Notes: a model not told the origin generated them from the sequence alone. Positions 19,429 through 28,873 are shown, counted from the first letter of the stretch. The stretch: DNA of 64,000 bases from Nannocystales bacterium (GCA_050633305.1 JBOEGF010000018.1:923547-987546); one strand, 5' to 3'. Numbers and translations: made by a program.

Positions 19429-20499
19429 ATGCAGCGCACACGAGTGACCATTCTTTCCGGCTTCCTTGGCGCCGGAAAGACCACCCTGCTCAACGCACTT
19501 CTTCGCGACACGCCCGAGCCGCTGGGTGTGATCGTCAACGACTTTGGATCGGTCAACATCGACGCGGCTCTGGTTGCCGGACAGACTTCGCTCGATGGCG
19601 AGGTCGCGCTTCAGAACGGCTGCATCTGCTGCACCATCCGCGGAGACCTGCTTGCCGCGCTGCTTCGTCTCTGTCGCCGCGAGAACCCGCCAAGGCACAT
19701 CATCATTGAGGCCAGTGGGGTGTCCGACCCCGCTGCAGTCGCCCGCACGTTTGTGGATCCGCGGCTCGCGGACCAGGTTGAGCTCGCAGCCGTCGTCGGT
19801 TGTGTGGACCCGACCACCACGCCGGAGTTGACGGGTCGCGATCGGGAACTCGCGGTGGCACAGCTGCAGGTTTGCGACATCATCGTCTCCACCAAGCACG
19901 ATGTGGCAACGGAGTCGGAGCAGGCTGCGATGGCAGACTTCATCAGCGCCGTAGCACCTCGTGCTCGTGTCGTGCCATCCTCTCTGAGCGCAGCGCCCAC
20001 GGCTCTGGTGCTCGGCACGCCGAACCTCTGGGACGAAGCGCGGCTCGCGGGTATCCCGACCGAAGACAACCCGGCACACGTGCACGAGGTCGGGGAGGAC
20101 CACGGCCACCATCACCATCATGGCCACGCGTTTGAAACGTGGACCTTCGATGAGGAGTCCCCGCTCTCCGTGTACCGGCTTCGGCGCGCGCTGCTGCAGC
20201 TTCCAGTGTCGGTGTTCCGGGCAAAGGGCTTCGTGTATGTGGCCGAGGATCCGAAGGTGAGACTCCTGGTCCAGGTCGTCGGAGGCCGGGCGGAGCTCCG
20301 CACCGACGGCGAGTGGGCCGGCCCGCCTCGCACCGAGCTGGTGCTTCTTGGGCGCGAGGGCGGCCTAGACTCTGACGCGCTCGAGGCGTTGTTTCTCGGT
20401 TGTGTGCACGACGGAAGGCCTGCGCACGAAGCACACATGGAGGACATGCTGGGCTACTTCAACCGGTTGCTGAGCACCCTTCCGGGTCACCTCGGATGA
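19429..20499 (+). CDS. COG0523/CobW-family GTP-binding metallochaperone
   Basis: GFLGAGKTT Walker A, GCICC, EASG, His-rich HVHE..DHGHHHHHGH, FRAKG C-terminal domain; GAGGAGG RBS. Confidence 0.93.
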   Translation: MQRTRVTILSGFLGAGKTTLLNALLRDTPEPLGVIVNDFGSVNIDAALVAGQTSLDGEVALQNGCICCTIRGDLLAALLRLCRRENPPRHIIIEASGVSDPAAVARTFVDPRLADQVELAAVVGCVDPTTTPELTGRDRELAVAQLQVCDIIVSTKHDVATESEQAAMADFISAVAPRARVVPSSLSAAPTALVLGTPNLWDEARLAGIPTEDNPAHVHEVGEDHGHHHHHGHAFETWTFDEESPLSVYRLRRALLQLPVSVFRAKGFVYVAEDPKVRLLVQVVGGRAELRTDGEWAGPPRTELVLLGREGGLDSDALEALFLGCVHDGRPAHEAHMEDMLGYFNRLLSTLPGHLG

Positions 20500-20511
20500 G
20501 GTCGTCGGCTC

Positions 20512-20943
20512 TCAGGACTGGGTGTACCGTCGACGCCACAGCAGCACGAGGGTGAGCAGTGGCCAGCATGATGAGGAGGGGCCGACCCGGCATCCCGTTT
20601 CCTGCGAGGAGCTTTCATCGCCGCCGCCCGTTGTTCCCGGTGGCGGATCACCAACCACGAGCGTGACCGCATCCGACGTCAAGACTTCTCCCGCCGCCCT
20701 TTCCGCCGTTGCTGTCAGGACATAGGTTCCCTCGGGGAACACCACATCGTGGAAGCCGTAGGGCAAGGTCGTGTCGCGCCCGATCTCGTCCCCGGCTCCG
20801 GTGATCGTTGCCGTGGCCCAGCTCTTCTTGCCCAAGGCGTCCCGCTCTCCGCCGAATCCAACCATCGCCACTTCGGTGCCGGGGGTGATGACACGCGTCG
20901 TCTGGACGGCGTCGATGCTGGTGGAGGTCTGAACGGCGACGAA
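20512..20943 (-). pseudogene. Remnant of a MYXO-CTERM-sorted secreted protein (protease-like piece fused to an Ig-like piece)
   Basis: C-terminal GC..G....WPLLTLVLLWRRR MYXO-CTERM tail; no signal peptide; in-frame stop at 20944-20946. Confidence 0.55.
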
Positions 20944-20966
20944 TCACGAGGCGCTGGACAAGGGCG

Positions 20967-22070
20967 GTGTCGTTCTCCGATCCTCCGCGGGTGTTCCCCC
21001 TGCGATCTCTGCCGGCGGTCGGTGCCGCGGCCGTTGTGCTTGGCATCTGCGGGGCCGTCTTCGCTCAGGAACCTGCGGGCGCCATCGATGTGCGATGGAG
21101 CGGACCGCCTGCGTGCGGGCCGGGGGCATTCGAGTCTGATCTGTCGGCATTGCTGGCCGACTCGGAGATGTCGGCGCCGCTTCGGGTGGACGTCGAGGTG
21201 GAACGCTCGGAGGCCGGATGGGCGTTGCGGGCAGACTTCAGCTCCGGCGGTGACAATCGTGGCCAGCGGGTCTTTGAGGCGCATGCGTGCGAGACGGTTC
21301 GAGATGCAGCCGCGCTGGCCATTGCGCTCACCGTCGATCCGACGGCGCTCTCTCGTCCGGAGACGTCGCCGACGCCCGCGGAGGAACCCTCGCCGACCGA
21401 GGCCGAGGTTGTGGAGCCATCGTCGGTGGTCCCGGCGTCCGACAGCGAAGCGGCACCCAGCAGCGAACCTGCTCCGGACATCGAGCCGGTCGTCGAACCC
21501 GGGCCATCCTTCGTCTCGCAGCCGGCGGTCGAACCACCATCTGTTCGGTCGGCACCGGTGTGGCGAGTCGGTCTGGGGGCCCTCGGGTTCGTGGATGGGG
21601 CTGCGCTGCCGGGGGTCGGAGGCGGCGTTTCGTTTCTGGTCGCCGCCATGCGCGGGCCACTGCGCCTCGAGGCACTGGGGTCGTACCGGTTCGAGACCGA
21701 CCGTGCTTCCGAGGTCGAGCCGTCGGTCGGCGGGAGCTTTGCTCAATGGAGCGCGGGGCTGAGGGCGCTGTGGGTCCCACGCTGGTCCAGCTTCGAGGTG
21801 CCGGTGGGGGGTGGCGTGGATGCGGGCCAGACGATCGGGGAGGGAAGCGGGTTCGGTGAGGCCCGCCGCACGCTGCAACCGTGGGTTGCCGTGGTGGGGA
21901 CTGGGGGAGTGAGCTGGGTGCTCCATCCCCGCGTCGCGCTGTTGGCACGGGGATCGCTGGCAGTCCCCTTGATTCGTCAGGAGTTCTCGATCGAGGGCCT
22001 AGGGTCTTTGCACCAGATCGGTCCGGTGCAGGGCCGTGGTCTGCTCGGTTTGGAGGTCCGGCTGCGGTGA
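20967..22070 (+). CDS. Secreted/outer-membrane protein of ECF cassette 1
   Basis: Signal peptide, W.GP.AC and R....AC....AAAL.IAL.VDP N-domain, Pro-rich linker, beta-barrel-like C-terminus ending GLEVRLR. Confidence 0.75.
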   Translation: MSFSDPPRVFPLRSLPAVGAAAVVLGICGAVFAQEPAGAIDVRWSGPPACGPGAFESDLSALLADSEMSAPLRVDVEVERSEAGWALRADFSSGGDNRGQRVFEAHACETVRDAAALAIALTVDPTALSRPETSPTPAEEPSPTEAEVVEPSSVVPASDSEAAPSSEPAPDIEPVVEPGPSFVSQPAVEPPSVRSAPVWRVGLGALGFVDGAALPGVGGGVSFLVAAMRGPLRLEALGSYRFETDRASEVEPSVGGSFAQWSAGLRALWVPRWSSFEVPVGGGVDAGQTIGEGSGFGEARRTLQPWVAVVGTGGVSWVLHPRVALLARGSLAVPLIRQEFSIEGLGSLHQIGPVQGRGLLGLEVRLR

Positions 22071-22094
22071 GCCGAAGTTTTTCTGGTGCCCGGC

Positions 22095-22125
22095 ACACGG
22101 ATCGCCGCGTTTCCGGGAAAGGCAG
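22095..22125 (+). promoter_or_regulatory. Putative ECF promoter, copy 1 (ACACGGA-N11-CCGGGAAA-N-GCAG)
   Basis: Same motif with the same spacing at 23509-23539. Confidence 0.65.
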
Positions 22126-22129
22126 AGGG

Positions 22130-22696
22130 GTGGAGACGTCCCGCCGCAGTTTCAGCGTCCCCGACGATCCCTGGAAACGGGAGTTGGCGGAGGTCTACCG
22201 CGAGTACGGCGACTTCGTACGGCGCAGCGCCGGTCATTTGCGGGTGCGTGAGACCCAACTGGACGATGTCGTGCACGACGTCTTCATCGTGGCGCATCGG
22301 CGTCTGCCCAACTTCGACCAGGCCCGCGGGACCCTTCGCAGTTGGCTGTTCGGCATCACCAAGCGGGTCGTCTTGCATCACCGCCGGGCGGCTGCGCGTC
22401 ATCAGCGCAGACTCACCGTGGTCCCCGAACCGCATCCAAGCCCGGGGCCCGACGAGGCCCTCGCGCGCCGACGGGTGGTGCAGCGCATCGACACATTCTT
22501 GGAGACCTTGTCGGGGCCCAAGCGGTTGGTGTTCAGCTTGGTCGAAATCGAGGGGATGCCGGCCGTGGACGTAGCACGGTCGCTGGACATGAACATCAAC
22601 ACCGTCTACGGGCGCCTTCGGTCGGCGCGGGGCGCATTCGTGGAGTATCTCGACCGGTTGGAGCGGGATGGGGAGGGGCACGATGGCGGGACTTGA
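22130..22696 (+). CDS. ECF sigma factor
   Basis: DDVVHDVFI, LRSWLFGI (region 2), NINTVYGRLRSAR (region 4). Confidence 0.9.
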   Translation: METSRRSFSVPDDPWKRELAEVYREYGDFVRRSAGHLRVRETQLDDVVHDVFIVAHRRLPNFDQARGTLRSWLFGITKRVVLHHRRAAARHQRRLTVVPEPHPSPGPDEALARRRVVQRIDTFLETLSGPKRLVFSLVEIEGMPAVDVARSLDMNINTVYGRLRSARGAFVEYLDRLERDGEGHDGGT

Positions 22697-23447
22697 GCCA
22701 GAGGCGAGGGCGTTGTTGCGAGAGTACCGACAGGCCAAGCGTGCCGACGTGGATCGGCGCGAGGCCGTGTGGTCTCAGATCGAGGACACCCTCGCGGATG
22801 CGGACGTTGCCCAAGGCGACGAACTGACACCGCAGCACGAGGTCGGTCGCCCCATCGCGTGGACGGTCGGGGTATTGCTGGCCGCGGCGGTCGTCGCCTC
22901 GGTTGCCCTCGGCATGTCGGCGCTCGTGCAGGCGGACCGCAAAGAGCGTTCGTTCGAGGCGCCGGACGTGTCTGCGCCTGGCGACACATCCGAAGTCGTC
23001 CCTGGAAGCGACGCCCCGGGTCGGGCCGTGGGTCGTGCGGGCCACCCGAGCGGTGTGGCGGTTCCTGCCGGAGCGCCGCCGGTCCGTGCGAACCACACAA
23101 ACGATCGGCCGGGTCCGCGCCCCACGGCTCGCACGCGTCCGAACGTCGAGGGCGAGGCGGCACAGGGCACCGAGCGGGATGGGCTTCGTGCGGAAATGGC
23201 CCTCGTTGAGACCGCTCGCCAGCGTTTGCGTGCGGGCCAACCCGCAGAGGCGCTGAAGGCCGTGCAGCAACATGCGGTGAGGTTCCCGCGCGGACAGATG
23301 ATCGAGGACCGGCGTGTCCTGAGGGTGGAAGCCTTGTGCGCGTTGGGCAAAGCGAGCCAGGCCAACGCCGAGGTGCGGATGTTCGCAGAGGCATTCCCGC
23401 GTTCGGCCCACACAACGCGCCTACGAGCACTATGCCCCCTACCGTGA
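22683..23447 (+). CDS. Putative membrane-anchored anti-sigma factor with C-terminal TPR-like domain
   Basis: Single TM, Pro-rich linker, LRAE..L...AR / H...FPRG / ALC.LG / FPRS motifs; overlaps the sigma gene. Confidence 0.75.
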   Translation: MAGLEPEARALLREYRQAKRADVDRREAVWSQIEDTLADADVAQGDELTPQHEVGRPIAWTVGVLLAAAVVASVALGMSALVQADRKERSFEAPDVSAPGDTSEVVPGSDAPGRAVGRAGHPSGVAVPAGAPPVRANHTNDRPGPRPTARTRPNVEGEAAQGTERDGLRAEMALVETARQRLRAGQPAEALKAVQQHAVRFPRGQMIEDRRVLRVEALCALGKASQANAEVRMFAEAFPRSAHTTRLRALCPLP

Positions 23448-23508
23448 TGGGTCCTGGGTCCTTGTTGACCGAGGCCCCGCTGGAGCGCAGCAATCCATCC
23501 CACCGAGA

Positions 23509-23539
23509 ACACGGAATGGCGACGTACCGGGAAACGCAG
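23509..23539 (+). promoter_or_regulatory. Putative ECF promoter, copy 2
   Basis: ACACGGA-atggcgacgta-CCGGGAAA-c-GCAG, 8 nt before ATG 23548. Confidence 0.65.
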
Positions 23540-23547
23540 GACAGACG

Positions 23548-25962
23548 ATGGCTCATTTGATTCGGTTGTCCCCTCGCTTTGCTCGCCCGATCTTGGGTGT
23601 GCTCTTGCTCTCTCCCTCTCCATGCTGCACGCCGGACGTGAGCCTCGGCGACTACACCGGGTCTGACGGGGACTCGGACGACGGGGGTAGCGGGGCGGGC
23701 AGTACAGGCATGGAGACGGGGAGTGGTACGGACACCGATTGTGGCGAGGCGTGTTCCGAGGACTTCGCAGTCGCCTACCTTTCCGCCGTAAACTACGCGT
23801 CCCTGGAAATCTTCCGCCGCGGGGAGGCTTTGTGTGAAGGGGCGCAGTGTCCCGAGCAGACCGAACCGCTGGACGGTGTGCCATTCGAGGAGTGCACCGA
23901 GTCCGAGGCGGCATTGATGTCCCCGCTCGGTGTGGAGGAGTTCTGCCGGTTTTCTGCAGTCTGGCTGGAGTCCAGACTCTCAGTCGGCTTCACCGTCGAA
24001 CTGGAGCGCGAATCGTTCGAGCGCACACGTCCGCGGCTGGAAGACGAGACCGCCCAAGAAGCCTATGCGTGGTTTCCGGAGGTTGTCTCGTTGGTCGGGC
24101 CGGGCACGGCGTACCGAGGAGATGTCTTGGCGGTTGGTGCCGGCGCGCGGAACGTTCAGACGTCGGTCGTCAATGAGGCCTGCATCGAGCGACTCGACGC
24201 GCAGGGGGTCCCGTGGTCGGTCGATGACCTGGAGGTCCTGTGCGAGGGCACTTGGATGGACGGCGGAGTGTTGCGGCCGTTGCGGACGCGGCCCCAGATG
24301 GAATTCTGGCCCAACTCGGGACGTACTTCACGGGTGACCGGGAACTCATGTGTGTCACCTGGCGAGGGGCCGGATACCTGCTGTACCGCCTGCGAGTACG
24401 CGCTGGGACCGGGTGTTGCTCGGTATGGCGTCGACGGCTCTCAGCGGCGAGCGATCGCGCAGGGCACAGCGCTGTCTTGCGATGAGGGGGGCGACGCACT
24501 GGTCCAGTGCCGTGATCTGGTCTTCGACGTAGCGCGGGATGACGGCTTGGAACTCACGTACGAGTGGGAGGGGTCATCGGGCCCGTGGCCATTGCCGTTG
24601 TATGACAAGCTACGAGAGACGCACCCGGACGACCGCCCTGCGGGCCTCGTTGCACCGGGTCTGGCTTGCGCTGAGGACGACTCCTGCGCTGCGGGACAGC
24701 GTTGCTATGGGGTCAACGCCCAGGGGGAGGCGTGCAGTGCGGGCGAGGACTGCACGCAGCGAACCTGTCAGCCCGCATGGTTCGGGCGGTGCGAAGTCGC
24801 AGCGGATGGTGGCGGCCGCTGCGTCGATACCCGTTTCGACGCTCAGGGGACCGGGGCATGTTTCGTTCGTGGCGATACTCAGGACCGCCTCTCAACGTGC
24901 GACTCCGACTTCAACGGCATCATGACCGCTGCGGAGTGTTGCGATCCCGCGCTGGGAAGTCCCGACGACTGCGACCCGCACGAGCAGTCCGGCGTCGAGC
25001 CTATCGCGCGATTCGATCGGGACACCGGACTCTCTCCGATCGCGCAGTGCGTCTGCGAGGAGGGGCAACCTGACACGTGTGCGACGGTGGTCCAGGGCTG
25101 GTGTGAGGCACCGATCGGTACGGGCAGCGAGCCTGGCCCAGACGCCCGGGCTGGGCAGTATGCCGCGCCGACCGTCGTGGCACAGGGGGGGGTCCGGTGG
25201 GATGAGGAGCAGCGCCATGTCGACGTGAACATCGCAAACACCGGGAACATGGAGCGCGCACAGGTCGAGCGCTGCGCTTGGGCCAGCTTCTTGATCGACG
25301 AGCGCACGGCCAGCGATGGATGGGTCGCCAACGAGAGCTTCACCGCTGAACTGCAAGAGGATCACGACCTCGCGTTGTGCTCGGGGTCGAGCTACCGGGT
25401 CGACTTCGCCGGCCCCTCCTCCGAGCACCACGTGCGATCGATGGCTGGGAACACCTTGGAGGGTCGGTCGAGCTTCGTCTTCGAAACCGCCCAGATGCGT
25501 GTCGCGCCGAACAGTCTGTTCCCGACGGACAATCTCCAGATCGGGTCGTGCGACGACCTTTCGGTCCGGTTCTCGAGTCGTCTCGACCCTGGACCGCGCA
25601 ACCTCGCCAAGCTCGAGATCCGCGGGGGCGCGCCCGATGGGCCCCTCGTTGCCGGGGGTCTGGGTTGCAGTCCCACCGCGACGCCCGAAGAGGTCGCGGC
25701 AGGAACCATCCCATGTCTGTCGACCAGCGTCGAAGCGTTCGTCGGCATCCTGCATTTCGAGATCGACGAGTCCATTCATGGACAGGTGCTCCAGCCCGGG
25801 GAAACCTACGCCGTTGTTCTGCCCGGGCTCGACAACATCGAGCAGATGGCCGACCCCGAGCGCTACGCCGCTGCCATCCATGACGCGTGCGGTATGCCAC
25901 TGATCCTCGAAGGGTCCGACGCTGAGTGGCTGGTGTTCACGGTGGACGGCGCCTGCGAGTGA
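23548..25962 (+). CDS. Large Cys-rich secreted protein (probable lipoprotein)
   Basis: 804-aa ORF; hydrophobic N-terminus with Cys, G/S/T linker, many Cys-rich modules, Ig-like C-terminus. Confidence 0.8.
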   Translation: MAHLIRLSPRFARPILGVLLLSPSPCCTPDVSLGDYTGSDGDSDDGGSGAGSTGMETGSGTDTDCGEACSEDFAVAYLSAVNYASLEIFRRGEALCEGAQCPEQTEPLDGVPFEECTESEAALMSPLGVEEFCRFSAVWLESRLSVGFTVELERESFERTRPRLEDETAQEAYAWFPEVVSLVGPGTAYRGDVLAVGAGARNVQTSVVNEACIERLDAQGVPWSVDDLEVLCEGTWMDGGVLRPLRTRPQMEFWPNSGRTSRVTGNSCVSPGEGPDTCCTACEYALGPGVARYGVDGSQRRAIAQGTALSCDEGGDALVQCRDLVFDVARDDGLELTYEWEGSSGPWPLPLYDKLRETHPDDRPAGLVAPGLACAEDDSCAAGQRCYGVNAQGEACSAGEDCTQRTCQPAWFGRCEVAADGGGRCVDTRFDAQGTGACFVRGDTQDRLSTCDSDFNGIMTAAECCDPALGSPDDCDPHEQSGVEPIARFDRDTGLSPIAQCVCEEGQPDTCATVVQGWCEAPIGTGSEPGPDARAGQYAAPTVVAQGGVRWDEEQRHVDVNIANTGNMERAQVERCAWASFLIDERTASDGWVANESFTAELQEDHDLALCSGSSYRVDFAGPSSEHHVRSMAGNTLEGRSSFVFETAQMRVAPNSLFPTDNLQIGSCDDLSVRFSSRLDPGPRNLAKLEIRGGAPDGPLVAGGLGCSPTATPEEVAAGTIPCLSTSVEAFVGILHFEIDESIHGQVLQPGETYAVVLPGLDNIEQMADPERYAAAIHDACGMPLILEGSDAEWLVFTVDGACE

Positions 25963-25994
25963 GGCCGTCGATTCGGAATCATCGCCTTCGCCTC

Positions 25995-26975
25995 TTAGCT
26001 GGGTGCCCGCACCCGCGCCAGATCCACGACCACGGGCAACAGGCCTTCCACCGCAAGGGCGAGCCGTTCCGGGTCGAGTGTTTCCGGTGTGTCGGTGGTC
26101 TCGTGGTAGTTGCGGTTTCGAAATGGCGCGGTGTCGGTGACCATGATGGCGGCGAATCCGTGCTGCCAGTACGCCCAGTGATCCGACCAGCCGACGCCCT
26201 GGATGGTGCTCGGTGCCAGGCCACCTTCGGAGGGCAGGAACGCGTGCTCCCGGAACACGGTGATCGCCCGTCGCAGCAGGTGCTTGGAGTGACGGTTCCC
26301 GACGAATGCCAGGAAGTCTCCCTTCTTCGGATAGAAGGCGCCCATCGGGAAGGGGTAGTGCTGGGTCTCGGGCTCGCCGCGGTAGTAGCCGATCGTCTCC
26401 AGCGACACCATGCCCAGCACGTTCACCCCTGCCGCTGCGATCGCGTTCGCGTGAACGACGGAACCCATCTCCGCGGTCTGGAAGTAGGGCGGCTCCTCGT
26501 TCACGTAAGCGACCCAGTGGATCGAACGCTGCCCCGATCGCTGGAAGAGCTCGCAAGCCAATTCCAGCAAGGCCGCCACGCCCGACGCGTTGTCGTCCGC
26601 CCCTGGGGTGCCGGGTGCGGAGTCGTAGTGGGCACCCACGACGATGACCTCGTCCGGGCGCATGGTCCCGGGCAGTACCGCCTCGAGGTTCACGACCTCT
26701 TGCCCATCGACGCGGAACGCCTGCCGCCTGACCTCTGCGTATCCGCAGCCATGAAACCGCTGCTCCACGTGGTCGGCCGCCCGTCCGAGCGCCTCCGGGT
26801 TCTGGATGTTTCGCTCTCCGATCTCCTCGGCGAGCACCTGAACATCGGCCATCAGCCGCTCGGAGCGGTCCGGCGGCCGAGTGGGGATCGGTCCGGCATA
26901 GCTCTTCCCCGGCATGCGGGTTGTGCAGGCTCCGAGCGTCAGGAGGGCGGCCAAACAGGCGGAGCGCACGATCAT
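25995..26975 (-). CDS. M28-family peptidase (lipoprotein)
   Basis: LGAC lipobox, GAHYDS, GADDNASG, NEEPP, SDH, YH...DT motifs. Confidence 0.92.
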   Translation of the reverse strand: MIVRSACLAALLTLGACTTRMPGKSYAGPIPTRPPDRSERLMADVQVLAEEIGERNIQNPEALGRAADHVEQRFHGCGYAEVRRQAFRVDGQEVVNLEAVLPGTMRPDEVIVVGAHYDSAPGTPGADDNASGVAALLELACELFQRSGQRSIHWVAYVNEEPPYFQTAEMGSVVHANAIAAAGVNVLGMVSLETIGYYRGEPETQHYPFPMGAFYPKKGDFLAFVGNRHSKHLLRRAITVFREHAFLPSEGGLAPSTIQGVGWSDHWAYWQHGFAAIMVTDTAPFRNRNYHETTDTPETLDPERLALAVEGLLPVVVDLARVRAPS

Positions 26976-27041
26976 CGCCCGCAGCGTACCCGACTGTGTC
27001 GACCCTGGCGGCCTCTTGCCGACGTGGCCGAGGGACTGCGA

Positions 27042-27081
27042 CGATTCCCAAATACGACAGCGCTGTCGTATTTGGGAATCG
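27042..27081. repeat. Perfect 40-bp palindrome with no spacer
   Basis: CGATTCCCAAATACGACAGC|GCTGTCGTATTTGGGAATCG, checked base by base. Confidence 0.95.
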
Positions 27082-27133
27082 CGAAACTGCAGGTGCAGGA
27101 AGGGGGGGACCACTCCGACTCGGGAACGGCCGC

Positions 27134-28148
27134 TCATGCACGGGGTGGGGCTTCGGAAGCCAGCCGCTGCTTGCGAAGTCCCCTCGCCATCAAGGCGACG
27201 GACGGCTCTGGATCCTGTGCCAGTCGGTCGAGAAGTTCCATCGCCTCGTCGCCGGGGACCGACGCGAGCGCGGCCGCGAGGCGTCCTCGGCCCTTGGCGT
27301 CGGCAGAGCGCGTGGCCGCAGCAATGCTCTGAACGATGGCCGCGGCAAAGTGGTGCTGCACGGCGAGTTGTGCGAGCACGTCGGACGCCTCGACGTCTTC
27401 GTGGCCGAGTGCGACGAGTTCGACCAGCGGCACGATGGACGCTGCATCTCCTGAGCGGCCGCATGCGAAGTGGGCGCGTGATCGGATGTGTGGGTCGTCA
27501 TGACCCACCGCCTTGGCGATGACCGCTCGGGTTGCGGGTGAATCGATCTTTTCGAGAGCCTCGATGGCGCGGTGTCGACGCGTCGCGCTGGGGTCGTCGA
27601 GGGCGGGTTCGAGTCGGGGGATGGCAGCATCGCCCGCTCGCACGATGGCCCATTGGATCGCCCCGAAGGCGTTGGGATCAGGCTCTCGGAGGGCCGCATC
27701 GACAAGCACCGCGATGTCCCGGTGATCGGCGTCGACGAGGGAGAGCGTGGCGTTGGCGTGTCGACGGGTCATTCCCGTCGAACCCACGCATGAGTTCGAT
27801 CGTCCGCATCACGTCGTGCCACGCCTCTGGGCTCGCCGTTTGCACGTGTTCGAGTCGTTCGACCAACTCCTTCGCCGCGGCGAGCTGGGTTCGGGCACGG
27901 TCGACAAGCCGGGTGAGCATCCCGCGGGTCGAGTGTTGCTCGTCATCGAGTGCGGCCGGGATCTCCGCGAGAGTCAGGCCGAGCGAGCGCAGCCCCTCCA
28001 CCTCGAACAGACGACGCAGGTCACGTTCCGTGTACTGGCGGTAGCCCGAGCGTGTGCGCTCGCCGGGCGTGACAACGCCCATGCGGTCGTAGTGTCGGAG
28101 CATCCGCGCGCTGATGCCGGTACGTTTCGCGACGTCTCCGATCAGCAT
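27134..28148 (-). pseudogene. MerR-HTH + HEAT-repeat regulator split by a frameshift
   Basis: MLIGDVAKRTGISARMLRHYD..G..RQY MerR N-terminus; the HEAT part continues in another frame; adding 2 nt in the GCTCTCCCTC tract (~27737-27746) joins RHAL to SLVDADH. Confidence 0.8.
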
Positions 28149-28825
28149 GGGTCGTTCCTGAGCGTCGGTGCCGCTTGCCGTGCGACGAACGTCCGCGCCT
28201 GAGCCATAGCCGATTCGAAGGAGTCGTGCAGGTCGTTCAGCAGGTACGCGGTCGCGAGGGCGTGCGTACGCACATCGCGGTCCGCCGAGGTCGATGCGGC
28301 ATCGGCGGCCGGCAGGGCAGATGCACCGAGCGTCGTGAACGCACGGCTCAAGCTTCGTTGCAGTTCATGTTCTCCGCGGCCGAACTGGGTTGCGAGCGTC
28401 CGCGCGAGTGGACCTTTTTGGCCCTCGGAAGCGAGACCCGCAGCGGTGCGCCAGGCCGCCCGCGCGACCTCGTCGTCATCGTCCGTCAGCAACGCGACGG
28501 TGATCGCCGGCCACGCTCGTGTGTCGCCGAGCTTGGACAGAGTGTGCAGAGCCTGACTACGCGCCTTGGCCGCGTCGCAGGTGAGCTCGACCAGCAGCAG
28601 GTCCAGCACGGTGTCGTGGTCGTGGCGTGTGAGCGCCCAGGTCAACATCTCGCGAACATAGAACTCGGGTTCTGTGCGGCACTGGGCGACGAGAGCCAGA
28701 ACATGTTCGGGAGCCGGGTGGGTCCCCGCTGTCAACGCCGCCTGCAGCCGGGCTGAAGCTTCGGGCGAGCGCAGCGCAACCTGAAGCGGTGACGGAGCAG
28801 TCTCGGTGTGCGTGTTGGTCATCAT
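28142..28825 (-). CDS. HEAT-repeat protein
   Basis: RLQAALTAGT.P, EPEFYVREMLTWALTR, ARSQALHTLSK; GGAGG RBS at 28831-28835; overlaps the merR start. Confidence 0.85.
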   Translation of the reverse strand: MMTNTHTETAPSPLQVALRSPEASARLQAALTAGTHPAPEHVLALVAQCRTEPEFYVREMLTWALTRHDHDTVLDLLLVELTCDAAKARSQALHTLSKLGDTRAWPAITVALLTDDDDEVARAAWRTAAGLASEGQKGPLARTLATQFGRGEHELQRSLSRAFTTLGASALPAADAASTSADRDVRTHALATAYLLNDLHDSFESAMAQARTFVARQAAPTLRNDPC

Positions 28826-28842
28826 GAGCACCTCCAGACGCC

Positions 28843-28873
28843 ATGGAACGCCTTGTCACTGTGACAAGGTCAA
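28843..28873 (-). promoter_or_regulatory. MerR-type promoter/operator
   Basis: TTGACC-19 nt-TTCCAT with the dyad CCTTGTCAC-T-GTGACAAGG (28851-28869) across the spacer. Confidence 0.85.

Noticed and set aside
16385..20943. RiPP cluster built around TldD/E
   Set aside because: No precursor peptide, YcaO or other modifying enzyme nearby.
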